A DNA stretch of 64,000 nucleotides from Narcine bancroftii (lineage: Eukaryota): NCBI RefSeq assembly GCF_036971445.1, contig NC_091473.1, forward strand, positions 250,976,001 to 251,040,000, written 5' to 3'. The first letter of the stretch is position 1. Every line of letters begins with the position of its first letter. A model generated the notes under the pieces. It was not told where the DNA came from and searched no databases. It saw nothing but the letters and a program-made list of their open reading frames with translations. The position numbers and the translations under genes were made by a program. Positions 13,391-26,800 of this stretch are shown here, piece after piece.

Positions 13391-14049
13391 CGCGGAAACC
13401 AACCCACAGCCACATCAGTCTTCACTCAGTCCAAGGCATCTCTTCCTCGGCCTCGAGTCTGCCCGGGAGTTCCAAGATTTGGAAACAGTTTCATGATTGC
13501 AAAGTTGACACCCGACAAAAAGCATCAAACTGAATTTTCTCAGCGAAGCGTACTCATTTATCATCATACTTCCCTGGAGAAAAAACTATTTTCCGTTGGA
13601 CAACTCTGAGACGCACAGAGTTCTGTGATTGCATTTTCAGAGATTTTTTTAAATATTTTATTTTTGATTTTTCAAACAAGTCCAAATAAATAATACATTT
13701 TTCCACAACAAAACTCATACAGAGTTTTAACTAACTGCAGTCAGTGTCCTTAACCACAGGTGAGGTGCCAGAGGATTGGAGGGTAGTTCATGTTGCTTGC
13801 TTTAAAAAAGGCTCCAAATGTCAGTGGGGCCAATGACCCCCTACAGAAACCCAGGAAGAAGGAAAACATGACAAAGTAACAAAGATGATAAACTGAAAAG
13901 AAACTCAAAATAAAACCCAAAAAAAGACTGAAAATGCTCGTCATCTGCACCATGTCCTGTTTCATTGGGCCACACTCATTTCCCTGCTGGGGATGGATTG
14001 TCACAGTGTCCCTATTTCAAAGGGGTGGGGGGGGGGGGGTAGTGGCAAT

Positions 14050-15215
14050 ATATTTCAGGTAAGGTTGCCACACTCTAACAAATGTGTTGTGTTTCTTCCA
14101 TATGATTTTTCTCGAGGGGAATGTAACTCTGCATTTCCACATTCCATCGTGTGGTATTTAATTGGGAGTCAGACTTCCACAAAACCGCTACACACTTCCT
14201 GGCTACTGCCAAGGCGACCTTCACGGCATAAATTTGGTATTTGGACTGTCTAAACTTCCCCAATATCTCCCAGAAGGTACAACTCCAGATCCTGTGGAAA
14301 ATCCACTTTGTAATTTGTTTCAGAATGTCCCCCAGGTCTTCCCAGAAGGGTCTCACTTTTCTACGTAGCCAGATGGAGTGAACAAAAGTTCCAACCTCCA
14401 CATCACACCTAAAGCACATTTCCGAAATTTCAACCTTTGATTTATGTAATTTTTGCGGTGTGAGATACAATAGAATAAGAAATTGTACTGCACCAACCTG
14501 GATTGATGACTCCAGTCACACTGTCCAGACACAGGTCTTGCCACCACTCTTCATTGATTGTGGTACCCAAGTCCAACTCCCATCTCTCCCTTGGCTTCAG
14601 GCCCTCACTTTGGAATATGTAGAACATCTTAGAGATAATAGAAAAAAAAACAGTCGAATTAGAATCTCCACTTTCCAACATCTAGGTTGGGTCATAGATG
14701 GTCCCTTAAGAAACATCTTATTTGCAGATACCAGAAGAATGTTCTGTTAGACAAATCATATTGAACTGTTCAAATGACATGAGCTTCCCCCATTTGTAAT
14801 AATCCTTAATACACCTGATCCCATTCTGACACCAGGTGTATAGGATTTTATAATCCAGAGTCAAGGGTATTAAATCATTCTGAGTCAAGGACATTTTTGG
14901 GGGACATCCTCACCTTCCATCATACACTGTTTTACTCTTTGCCATGTTGGAAGTACCTGCTTTAGAATGGGACTATCAAGTTTCTTTGCAAGTAATTTGG
15001 TATCCCATTTATATATGAATTCTTCGGCTATCTCCTCATCTCTTCACCGAGTGTAGTCCAATTTGTGCCAACGAGGGGGTGGATCCCTCCCTCAAAGAGT
15101 GAGGCAAGAAACCTCGCCTGGGCTGCCCAGTAATACTTTTTGAAATCGGCTCATTTTAAGACCCCCAAGTTATAATCCCAAGTCAACCTTTCCTAGCCAC
15201 TTTCCCATTCTACAC
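14050..15215 (-). mobile_element. L1-clade ORF2 C-terminal fragment (second family)
   Basis: YLTPQKLHK..CFRC...GTFVHSIW zinc-knuckle region; WELDLG...WQDLC. Confidence 0.8.
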
Positions 15216-15219
15216 TTTC

Positions 15220-17907
15220 TGACACATTTGTTAAGTCAAACCCTTGATATTCCCGATGACCGACACCATGGGGTTACCGAGGCCCAATATTGCAGGAGGG
15301 TAAACGAAATCTAGGCCAGGCACCTCCTGGCCACCAGAAAGCAGTGACCTGGTGAGTCAACCGCTGAGTACCTGCGGGCCCTCTGGAACCTATGTAGAGT
15401 GTGCAACTGGAAGGCCGTGACAGCCACCCAGAACACTGAGGACCTCATCTGGCTTGCTTACATGGTAGGCATCTGCTCCAGGTACATAAAACAGAGGTTC
15501 CTAAAAAAAAAGGTACTTGATCTACAGAGACGCAGGAGGTGGCCCTCCAAAACTCAGAAATTACTCACCTGGGGCGCCACTATCTTGCAGGTGTGGATCA
15601 TCCTGCACCGTGAGCGACTGGTCACTGATACCATCCTCTAGTGACTTGACCTTGGCCACCGTTGCAGGTGCTCACTCCAAATGCTACTTCTGCAGGTAGG
15701 GTAAAGCACCCAAGGAAATGCTGCCCTACCACAGAGGCGATATGCACTAGGTGCATGAAAAAGGGATATTGTGCCAAAGTTTAACGGCCCAAACCATCCC
15801 CAAAAACTAGCAGTGCCATTGGAAGCATAGTTTACAAACATGTCAGGCTACCTCATCCTACAGTTCTGTGCCCCCTTGCTCCTGGGGCAGGACTTACAGT
15901 ACCAACTTCAGAAAGTTACATTGAAATTGATGGGCCCAATTTGCCCCCCCCCCCCCCCCCCCACCAACGTTTGCTATGAACAGTTCATAGACACCCTCTG
16001 TGTACAACCTGTGGCCTCTCAAGTCTCAAGGTTGACCCCCCCTCCCCAGCTGTTGCCACCCGACTGCAAGCCAGTGGCCACCAGGAGCAGATAATACTGT
16101 GCCACAGACAGGGCACTCATAAGTCTGAGGTTGAGCATTTGTTGGGCAAGAGCATCATCAAGGTGAGCGATAGCCCTTGGAGGGCCCAGGTGGTTGTGGT
16201 AAATGGGGAAAATAATAGGATGGTCATATATTATAGCCAGACTATTATCTGGTACACACAGCTCGATGCATAACCCTTTCCCTCATATCCAATATGGTCA
16301 ACCAGATTGTGCAATATCAGCTATCCTCCACGATCGACCTGAAGTCAGCCTATCACCAGCTCCCGATCTGCTTGGAGAACTGCCAGTGTAACACATTTGA
16401 GTTGGATGGCCGCCTCTGTCATTTCCTCCAGGTGCCTTTCAACATCACCAATAAGGACTCAGTTTTCCACTGGGAGATTGACTGCATGGTGGACCACTAT
16501 AATCTGCAGGTCACCTTCCCATATCGAGACAATGTGACCATCTGTGGCCACGACCTGCAAGATCACGATGCAAATCTCAGTAAATTCATCCAGACAGCAA
16601 ACCTCCTGAACCTTATTTATAACAAGGACAAATGCGTGTTCCGGACAGCATGACTAGCCATCCTCAGCCGTGTGGTCAAGAACGATGTCATAGGTACTCT
16701 GTCCGCATGCGTCCATTGCTGGAGCTACCTCTCCCAAATACTTTCAAGCACTGAAGAGATGCCTCAGGTTCTTCTCACACTACTCAATGGGTCCTCAACT
16801 ATTCAGACAAAGTTCACCCATTGGTCAAAGCCACCACGTTTCCCCTGCCAGCAGAGGCCAAAACAGCATTGACCATATCAAGGCATCCATGCGTGCTATA
16901 GACGAGTCCACACCATTCCAAGTGGAGAGCGATGAGCTTGACTTTGACCTGGCTGCCACACTCAACCAAGCGGGAAGACCTGTTGCCTTCTTCTCACGCA
17001 CTCTCCAAGGCCCTGAAGTTCACCGCTCCTCAGTTGAAAAGGATGCCCAGGCCATCATGTAGGCAGTACGCCACTGGAAAACCATCCTCCTGGCACTGAA
17101 ATCACTCGGCCTCCCCATCTCCTAGTGGCAAGAAGTTCTCCCAGACATTCTTCACTTCATCCAGTCACTTTTATGTACAGCCAATAACAACACACCTCAT
17201 GAATTGCATTGACCACCTGGCTGACCTCCCCAGGACTGGTCCTGCTTCAAAAGCACGCCAGACAATCTGAGACCAATCCACTGGTCAAGAGGTTCCACCT
17301 TCTCCGCTCAAACCCCCAGTACGTCTATGTTGTCTTCCCTGATGGGCACAAGGACAGTCTCGATCCAGGATCTGACACCATCGGGCGTCTCCCCGACCAC
17401 CAACAGACACTCTGCTCCACTGCTAACTTCGAAGTCTCTGAGCCTGTGGCTGACAACGCTCTATCCCTAGCTACTGTTGTCACCCATGGTGCACCAGCAC
17501 CATATTCTCTTATCCCCTCACCCATTCCCTGCCTTCCTTTCTCCCCCCCCCCCCCCCCCCACGCCCGACAAACTATAACCAGTGACAACAGGCCAACCTC
17601 ACAAGCTGCTCAGGGAGCTACAGCAGTGCCGCAACCCTTACCACCTCATTCACTACGGCAGACGAGACCCCCTGGCAGACTTAATCTGTAAAATGTATAT
17701 ACGTTACATTTTCTTTTCTTCTCACCCCACAGGACTCTTCTTAAAAAGGAGGGGTGACTGTGGTAAACCACTGTTAGGCTATGATTGGCTGCTGCCGGCT
17801 GGACACGCCTCCCGAGACCGACCCTTTGCATGCTCCCCATTCCACTCTGCCTTGATCAGCCAATGACTCTCACAACTTCAGCCTTTTGTGATAATTGATG
17901 GTGCACC
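15220..17907 (+). mobile_element. Decayed Gypsy LTR retrotransposon (RT, RNase H, partial integrase, PPT, 3' LTR 17759 to about 17907)
   Basis: STIDLKSAYHQLPI, FPYRDNVTICG, FQVESD..LAATLNQAGRPVAFFSRTL; PPT aaaaggaggggtgac then TG. Confidence 0.88.
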
Positions 17908-20900
17908 TGTCCTAAAACACCTCGATCCTGTGCAGTCGTCACTATAGTTTTGACAACACACAAGGAAGGAATTCAATTTATTGCCACATCATAAAAATGG
18001 TGTCATATTGCTCGCTATCGCTTTTGCCTGGTGCAAGACAGAGAGATTCGCCGTCAGAAAAATTGCCACAAGTGCCTCTTCCAGTAAGAGAAAGTGAAGC
18101 AAAAGAGAGTCCCCTCAGAGTCACCAAGTGTCCGTGGATTCGCCTCCAGCGCTTCTGTAGCCACAAGGAGTTCAGTCCAAACTAACAGCCAGTGAGCTTC
18201 AGATCCCAACCTCCAACATGATTAGAAAAGATTCAGCGCCATCTTGCATCCTGGTTCTGATACCTGGTACTCTGGCCAATTTTGAGACAGTTTCCGACAG
18301 TCTGCAGCCTGGTGCGAGTCCCTTGACCGCAGACTCCAGCAGCCCACACCTTGAGTGGGTTCCTCACCTTGTGTCAGCAATAGCCCTCTGTCTGTGTGGG
18401 TCCTTCAGCTGCAGAGCCCCTCCACTGATCCACCGCCATGGTCAGCATCCCGTGGGTAATCTCTTCTGCTTCTTCTCAGATAGGTTGGGGGGGGTGGATC
18501 CTGGTTCCCTGCGCCAGTCCTCCATTTCCCCGGAGTCTGCAACCCCTCGTGGCTGCTGTTGGTCATAGGCGGCACCATCTTGGGCGCAGACCCAAGCACA
18601 GAGCTGAGGGCAGTAGGACTGGGTCTTTGCACCCCACGGGAGCCCTGTGACATCACTCCCTGCAGGACCACACCAGCACTTCCATTACAGCAGCTCTGGC
18701 ATTTTTTAAGTTTTAATCAATTTATTGTCATGAACATGTCATGAAGCAATTTGTTGTTTCATGGCAGTACCACAGTGCAAACATTTATTTAAACCACCTT
18801 ACAAAGTCAATAAAAATAGTCCAAGGCAGTGTCTGTGGTTTATTGTTCGTTCAGGAATCTGATGACAGAGGGGAAGAAACTGTCTTTCTGCCACTGACCA
18901 CTCGTCTCCAGGCTCCTGTATCTTTATCCTGATGGTAGCAGAGTGAAGAGGGCCTGGCCTGGATGGTGTCTTTCTTAAGACACCACGTCCTGTAGAGTGA
19001 ATTGGTTCACTACAAGCTTCCAAATGCAACAAGACTAATTCTGGAGATAATGATCTTGAAACTCTGCGGGTTGGCAGTTTTGTGCAATGGTATTCGGTTT
19101 CCTTTTTACTCTGAATGTGCAATCCTCCAGATTTGACATTAATCAAGTAATTCCAAAATAAGGTTGACCAACAGAAATAGCTCCAGAACAAATTCATTGC
19201 AGAGCAACACAGTTTTGAAAAGCCCAGATGGGAGATTGTCTCAAACGTTGCCAATATCTGTACTGGAAGAGGAGAGAAAGCAGGAAGATGATTGACACAA
19301 AGTAAAAACGCAAAGCTGGAGAAATTCACCAGGTCAAACAGTGTAAAGATACATAACCGACGTTTCAGGCTTGAGCCCTTCATCAAGGTTCAAGCAAAAT
19401 GTCGGCAGGTGCCTGAACATATCAAAGTGCAAGGCAAAATTTAACTTGCCTTCTACCAGGAGCCACACGACAGAGTGATGTTGGAGATCTACTGGGAATA
19501 CTGCTGTAGAAAATACGGAAGTGGTGGGACATTCAGTGTCTCTGAAGGGACTCTCCTTTTCTTCTCTCTCTTGCCTTGACCCTGGGGCTGGACTAATAGA
19601 GCCCATTTGGCATGCCTTTTTTTCAGACTAAACAAAGGACACGACAATAAACAGAATTTGAATCTAGTAAGTGACTAATGTGGATTCTGGATTCTGGGTA
19701 TTTGGTGCCAGGTCTCTCAATCAATGAGTTCAAGGTGGGATCGGCTGCACGGTTCACAGGAAAGAAAACTCGAATCTCCACAGCAACAGCCCCCCAGTCA
19801 GAGCAGGATCATTTCTGCAGGAAAATGCAGCAAGTGAAAATTGGTTCTGTCTCAGTGATAAAGGAATAAACAACCCTGTCACGCACTGTGAGGCAGAGCA
19901 AGTACCAAGCTTGATTGACAGAAGAACTATCCAATCATTTCCACCCTAACATTACCATTTGCATTCTCATTGATTCTAATGAATTTCTAAATGCAGAACA
20001 CCAAATCCGTAGCAGAACATATAAAAAACATGGCCAGAATAATCTGTGGAGAGTACAAATGTTTTGAGAGAAGATGTGAACCTAACTAGTAAAGCAGATG
20101 CTGTGAATTTTCTCATTGAGAAAGTAATTTGCAGCATAGGGATAGAGGAACCTCTGATTCAACCCATTCCTCAAGCATATGGTTCAAAAACAAAAAAAAA
20201 GTCTATTGAAAGTGAAAGGGAGAAAATTTAAAGGAAACATGCTAGGTTTTTGATATAAGGTGGTGGGGTTCATGAAGAGGAAGTGGTCAAGGCAAGAACA
20301 ATTGTGACATTGAAAAGTCATTCAGGGATAGGAGGGCTAGGGATAGGCAGGCAAATGGAAACCTTTCAGGAAAACACTTTGGTCAGCATGGACAAGTTGG
20401 GCTGAATGGCCTGATTCTCTGCAACACAACTCTTGTGATTCTAATGCGTCAATGCAGAAAACAATATTAGAACAGCAAATTGAATCTATTTCCCCATTCG
20501 AGCCTCTGGATTGGACAATGCTGCGTGCAAAGCCCCCGTCAAACGTCAGCCAACTGCGGCTGATGTCCTCAAACTGGAATCTTTGACAACTCCCTTACAG
20601 CAAGTTGGGAAACTCGAGATTTGTCAACTTCTCTTATTTATATTTCATCTAGATTTGTCAATTTGCGAGAAAGAGAATGATTCAAAGCAGTTCTTTAACC
20701 AAACAAGGATTCAACATCACTGGTGCAATCTGTCGATACTTCCTTTGGAAACCGAGAACCAACAAAATTCTCTTCTTTAATACTGCCAACGAAGCAGTAG
20801 ATACTGCCTCATTAAATGCATTTCATACCCAGGCTGATAGATTTTTGAATAGTGGGAGAAATAAAGGTTATGGGGATCAGGAAAGAGAGTGGTGCTGAGT

Positions 20901-21139
20901 CCATGACTATATCAGCCATGATCTTACTGAATCACCAAGCCAACTCCTGCTCCTATTTCTTATGTTCACGTTTATTTCAAGTAAGATATTATCGACTCAT
21001 AACAATGGAACCATCGTGGAAAATGACAGAGTTTTTAAGATGCAAAAATAGTTGTGGATCATGGAATGGGCAAGGAAAAATAAGTTGTGAGTCTGTGGAA
21101 GAAACTTTTTGAAGATTGACACTGTCACTCTGTAAAAGA

Positions 21140-22700
21140 AAGTTCATGCTGCAGCCTTGACATTGACACTAACTGAATTTAAGACCAGTGAATCATTATA
21201 AATACATGGTATTAATCCATCATGAAAATAAAATTGTCTATTAAAAACAGATCAAGAGACATAGTTAGAAATTTGTGGAAAATCTGAAAGCTTGGACTGA
21301 ACAAAATGCCTAATTTGTAAATATCTTTAAAAAAGCCTTTTGGAAAGATTACATTTGGCTGATAATTGTTCGAAAGAGGCAAAATTATTCTGAATAAAAA
21401 AGATCCTTGAAACTTTGAATATCTTTCGATGCTATTCCTTGCATCCAGTAAAGGCGGCTGAAAAAGATGGTAATCGATAAATGGACGAGCCAGTGAAAAA
21501 TTAATTTCCTAAACTGAGCCCAAATTCTCAATCTATTTTTCATCAATGGATTATTTGTTAATTTGTTAAAGGAAAATGGTAAAAAGGATCCTAAAATTTA
21601 TTGGTCTAAAATTCAGTCCCAATGGCTGGGATCAAAAGAGATTGGGAAAGAGAACATTTTCTGATGAAGATTGGGTCTCTACTCCCAGCTTGATTAATGA
21701 TTCCTCATTCTGTGCAATTACAATTTAAACTTAAACCGTGCATCTTGGCGCCTCACAGTTCGGCGGGCAGCAACCTCCTTTGAAGAAGACCGCAGAGCCC
21801 ACCTCACTGACAAAAGACAAAGGAGGAATAAACTTAAGTTATCATGTTTATATGCAGATATTGATCCTTTTTTGTGAGAAATGTTTGAAGCCTCTCTGAT
21901 TTATAGGTTCTGGGAATGCCCAAATTTAGAGATTTTGGAAAGAGATTTTTCAAATTCTTATCAACAATTTTCAAGTTTAACTTGGAACCCTTATGGTATC
22001 TGCTATTGCACCACTATGGAATTGAGAGATGTCCACACGGTGCGAGAGTGAACCAGTAACTGACCATATAGTTTGCATTTCTCGTGCTGCGCCCAGGGTA
22101 ACACCCACTTCCAGCGATGTGTCGTTAATCATAGGCTTCTCCTCAGGAGTGAAGGGTGACCCATGCCATTTTGAGTCAGACGACTGGGGCAGCAATTCGA
22201 CCCATCTAACTGCGCGGTCTCTCGGCCCGCTACACCCTGCCTGTTAATTTCTCGGTTTGGTTTTTCTCGTGACTCAGGTGAACCTTTATCGGCATCTCAA
22301 AAAAGGTCTTAGCTTTCACTACATTGATAGCCAGATGAGCTATTTTATTGAAATGGAAAGGAGATTTATCCCCTACTTATCCACAGCAGCAAGATAATAA
22401 TAATGTCCTATTTAAGTTTAGAGAAAATGAGATATAATATTACAGATTGAAAATTTCAATTTATGAAATTGTGGGACCCATTTCTTAGAATCTTTTTATA
22501 ATTGGAAGAGTCAATAATACCTTCCAGGAATTCTTTGTTTGTTCTTCGAGGGTCGCCAGTGATTTCACATCATTATTGATTTTTTTCCTCTTCAAAGAAG
22601 GTCACCTTGATTAAAGGAAGGGGACAGATTAGATTAGTTTAGCCCAGAGATTTTAGGTATTTTTTTTCTCTTTTATTAATCTTTATTATTTTAATATAAC
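21140..22700 (+). mobile_element. Old L1 ORF2 3' fragment with two internal insertions
   Basis: Degenerate L1 C-terminal motifs (WDQK, LQFKL, FWECPNL, LLKWK, LSLEKMRY). Confidence 0.65.
21735..21828 (+). mobile_element. 94-bp internal RTE fragment with 9-bp TSD
   Basis: Matches the reverse complement of about 24045-24137; flanked by taaacttaa at 21726-21734 and 21829-21837. Confidence 0.85.
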
Positions 22701-23868
22701 AGTCAAATAAATGGGTCTGACCTGGTTGCCTACATTATGTTTATTACTAGATTGAGTAACTGTTGTTTTATCTTGTATTCGTGTGTGTGAGTTCTTAGAC
22801 AACACATGGATGAAGGAAAAAATTCTTTACTTTAACTTGGTGTTATTACCAGCACCGAGGCAGGCCATGAGGTTGCAAACCTCCATTACAGATACAGCAT
22901 AACGTGTGTCAGCCACCTGCTGGCAGACAAGTCTAATCAAACAGTAAGGCATTGCTAGTTGCTTTGCAACCACGATCACTATCATTACATCTTCCTTTCT
23001 TAAAACAAAAATAGTTTACTTTTAACTAACATGTTTTCTTTGGATAACTCTGCAATTTTAATTTTAACATCAGGAACTTACTTTTTGCCACCATCAGTAA
23101 GTAGAATTTCAAATTTAGAGAACCTGGGTAGTTGTAACGTACACCCAAAATTATCCAAAAATAGGGCTTTAATTTGATAATAAGAAAAATGAGACTTTGA
23201 AGATATTTCATATTTCTCTTTCATTCTTTGGAATTAAATTAAAAAATCCTGCTTCATAACAATCTTCCACTAATTTAATGCCTTTCTGTTCCCACAACTT
23301 CAAAAGTTGATTAAGTGTAAAAGGTAAAAGCTTATTTTTAAGCAAAGGAGTTATACCTGAAATTTTACCTTGAGTACCTATAATTTCATTTTTTTATTCC
23401 ATAATTTCATTAAATGATTCAACAAAGGATAATTATAATTATAATTACTTAATAACTGAGAATTCCATCTATAAATAAACTGACCCATCTTCTTCTCACA
23501 AATCTAATTCAATATCAGCCCATATCAAAAGTTTATCCTGTTAATAAATTTCAACTGTGCTGATTCATAATAATCTGAAATTTAGGAAGCTGCAAACCTT
23601 CTAATGAAGTTAATTTCTGTAATGACACCCTCACCATTTTATTTTCCCACAAAAACCTCCTCACTAGAGCATCCAGATCTTTAAAAACATTTTGAGGAAT
23701 CTTGCAAGGAATAGATTGAAAAAGATATTAAATTGGAGGAAACATATTCATTTTAATACAATTAACATGTCCTATAAATGGTATAGGCTAATCTTGCTAC
23801 CGATTCAAAACATTTTTAAATTTAGACAGTGAAGATAGATAGTTCAGTTCATATAAATGATTATAATT

Positions 23869-26800
23869 CTTTTCTTTCTTCTTTGTTTCTTTGGCTTGGC
23901 TTCGCAGACGAAGATTTATGGAGGGGTAATGTCCACGTCAGCTGCAGGCTCGTTTGTGGCTGACAAGTCCGATGCGGGACAGGCAGACACGGTTGCAGCG
24001 GTTGCGGGGGAAAATTGGATAGTTGGGGTTGGGTGTTGGGTTATTCCTCCTTTGTCTTTTGTCAGTGAGGTGGGCTCTGCGGTCTTCTTCAAAGGAGGTT
24101 GCTGCCCGTCGAACTGTGAGGCGCCAAGATGCACGGTTTGAGGCGATATCAGCCCACTGGCGGTGGTCAGTGTGGCAGGCACCAAGAGATTTCTTTAGGC
24201 AGTCCTTGTACCTCTTCTTTGGTGCACCTCTGTCATGGTTGTCAGTGGAGAGCTCACCAAATAACACGATCTTGGGAAGGCGATGGTCCTCCATTCTGGA
24301 GACGTGACCTACCCAGCACAGTTGGATCTTCAGCAGCGTGGATTCGATGCTGTCGGCCTCTGCCAGCTCGAGTACTTCGATGTTAGGGATGAAGTCACTC
24401 CAATGAATGTTGAGGATGGAGCGGAGACAACGCTGGTGGAAGCGTTCTAGGAGCCGTAGGTGATGCCGGTAGAGGACCCATGATTCAGAGCTGAACAGGA
24501 GTGTGGGTATGACAACGGCTCTGTATACGCTAATCTTTGTGAGTTTTTCAGTTGGTTGTTTTTCCAGACTCTTTTGTGTAGTCTTCCGAAGGCGCTATTT
24601 GCCTTGGCGAGACTGTTTTCTATCTCGTTGTCGATCCTTGCATCCGATGAAATGGTGCAGCCGAGGTAGGTAAACTGGTTGACCGTTTTGAGTTTTGTGT
24701 GCCCGATGGAGATGTGGGGGTAGCTGGTAGTTATGGTGCGGAGCTAGCTGATGGAGGACCTCAGTTTTCTTCAGGCTGACTTCCAGGCCAAACACTTTGG
24801 CAGTTTCCGCAAAACAGGACGTCAAGCGCTGAAGAGCTGGCTCTGAATGGGCAACTAAAGCGGCATCATCTGCAAAGAGTAGTTCATGGACAAGTTGCTC
24901 TTGTGTCTTGGTGTGAGCTTGCAGGCGCCTCAGATTGAAGAGACTGCCATCCATGCGGTACCGGACGTAAACAGCATCTTCATTGTTGAGGTCTTTCATG
25001 GCTTGGTTCAGCATCATGCTGAAGAAGATTGAAAAGAGGGTTGGTGCGGGGGGGTGTGGCAAGATGGCGTAAGGATCAGACGTGCCTTCCAGTCCTCTCC
25101 TGACTCTATCTTATTGTTTTGTCTAGAAATGCCCGTTAAAATTCTTTAAAAGTTTAGATCATTTCAGTGCTGTTAATTTAACTTATGATGGTACAATTGG
25201 TGAAAAAGAGCAAAAAAAAAACGACAACAGATCATCAAAAAACATTTTCCAAAAGTTCAAGTTTTGGAGCCTACCTGCAGGAAAGACACCAGGACTCAGC
25301 GTGAAATGGATCCCAGGAGAGAGGTACAGTGTTCGGTAGAGCCCCCTAAAGAGGGCGCCAAACAGCCTTTAGAACAAAGAGTTACTCAAAGGCATTTGTC
25401 AGCTGTAGAGGTGGCGCTGCAAACTGCATCTCTTGAGATAGAAGAACCAATACAACTTGATGTACTGGGAGAACTTAATACATTATGGACTGGGGAAAAC
25501 CCCAGCCAGTGTCCTCCAGTCTCTGCTGGAGAGGCTGTGGCTGGGGTTTCCACACGCAGTCATACTACAAGGAAGGCAACCAGAATGAAGGAAGGAACAG
25601 AAGATCCTTTGGTTATGCAGAAGAAGCAGGAATCTGTTGAGCCAAAATCTCTTCCTATTGAAAAGATTTTTGTGAATCTTGAATCTAAATGATCTTATAC
25701 AATGCAGGGATTATCCAAGATTATGACTGAACTTGGTACTAGGTTTAATACTCTGGTGAAAATACATTCTCAACAGATGGCTGAGTTTGGAGCTTTTAAG
25801 CTTGAAGTGAGAGGTAAATTTAATTCGTGTGAAGAAGATATAGATGAAATATGGGATCAAGTTTTTGATGTGACCAAAATGGTCGAAGACTTACAAACTC
25901 AAAATAAAAATTTGGTGAAAAAGATTGATTATTTGGAAAACCAATTCAGACGGAACAATATAAAGATTATTGGTTTGCCGGAAGGTATGGAGGGACCAGA
26001 CCCAAGAAAAAATTTTTTTACTGAATGGATTCCGCAGGTGCTGGGTCAAGAACATTTTCCGGAAGGTATAATACTGGAACGTGCTCACAGAGCCTTGCGT
26101 AGAAGACCTATTTCAGGTCAAAGTCCAAGACCTGTTTTGGTTCGTTGCTTGAATTATTATGACAGAGAAATAATTTTACGAGTGGCTATTAGAAATGCAC
26201 AACAGAGAAAATCACCCTTGATGATTCAAAATAATCGAGTTTTCTTCTATGCGGATTTGAGTCAAGAAGTTATGTTCCAACGACGGGAATTCAATCCTGC
26301 TGAAGAGTTGTTGTGGAAGAAAGGTTACAAGGCAACCTTTAGATATCCAGCTGTTTTGAAGGTTTTTCAAGATGGTTACCAACCAAAGTTCTTTGATTCT
26401 CCAAAGGCAGCTATAGCATTTGCTCAAGAGCTGCCAATTACTCAGTTTCAACAGAGACATAGTCCGCCGCGATCTCTAAGGAGACAAGAGATGGAAGAAA
26501 GGAACCGCGCTCCAAGAAGGAATGGTTGCAATGGTGACTCGGCAGTTGGAGCTGATTAAAAGAAGAGTTGTCCTTTTTTTTTCTAATTTTTTTTTAAAAA
26601 AGGGATATTAAGTAATGATGATGTTAGTTTAAGATGAAGTGAGAGTTGGGGGAGAGAACTGGATAGGCACTATTTCCTGAAAGTCATCTGCTATGTGTGA
26701 GTTATCTCACACCCATTTTTTTGGGGGGAGTTACCGCATTGCGCAGTTTAGACGGGAGGGGGTATTTTTAACCTCCAACCCGTTTTTTTTCCTTTTTTTT

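Noticed and set aside
12565-13496. Cluster of overlapping 70-160 aa ORFs
   Set aside because: GC-rich interspersed repeat with other copies in the window and no recognisable domain.
25702-26559. 285-aa ORF as a domesticated L1TD1-like host gene
   Set aside because: It sits within a TSD-bounded retroelement and the upstream part of ORF1 carries a stop and frameshifts.
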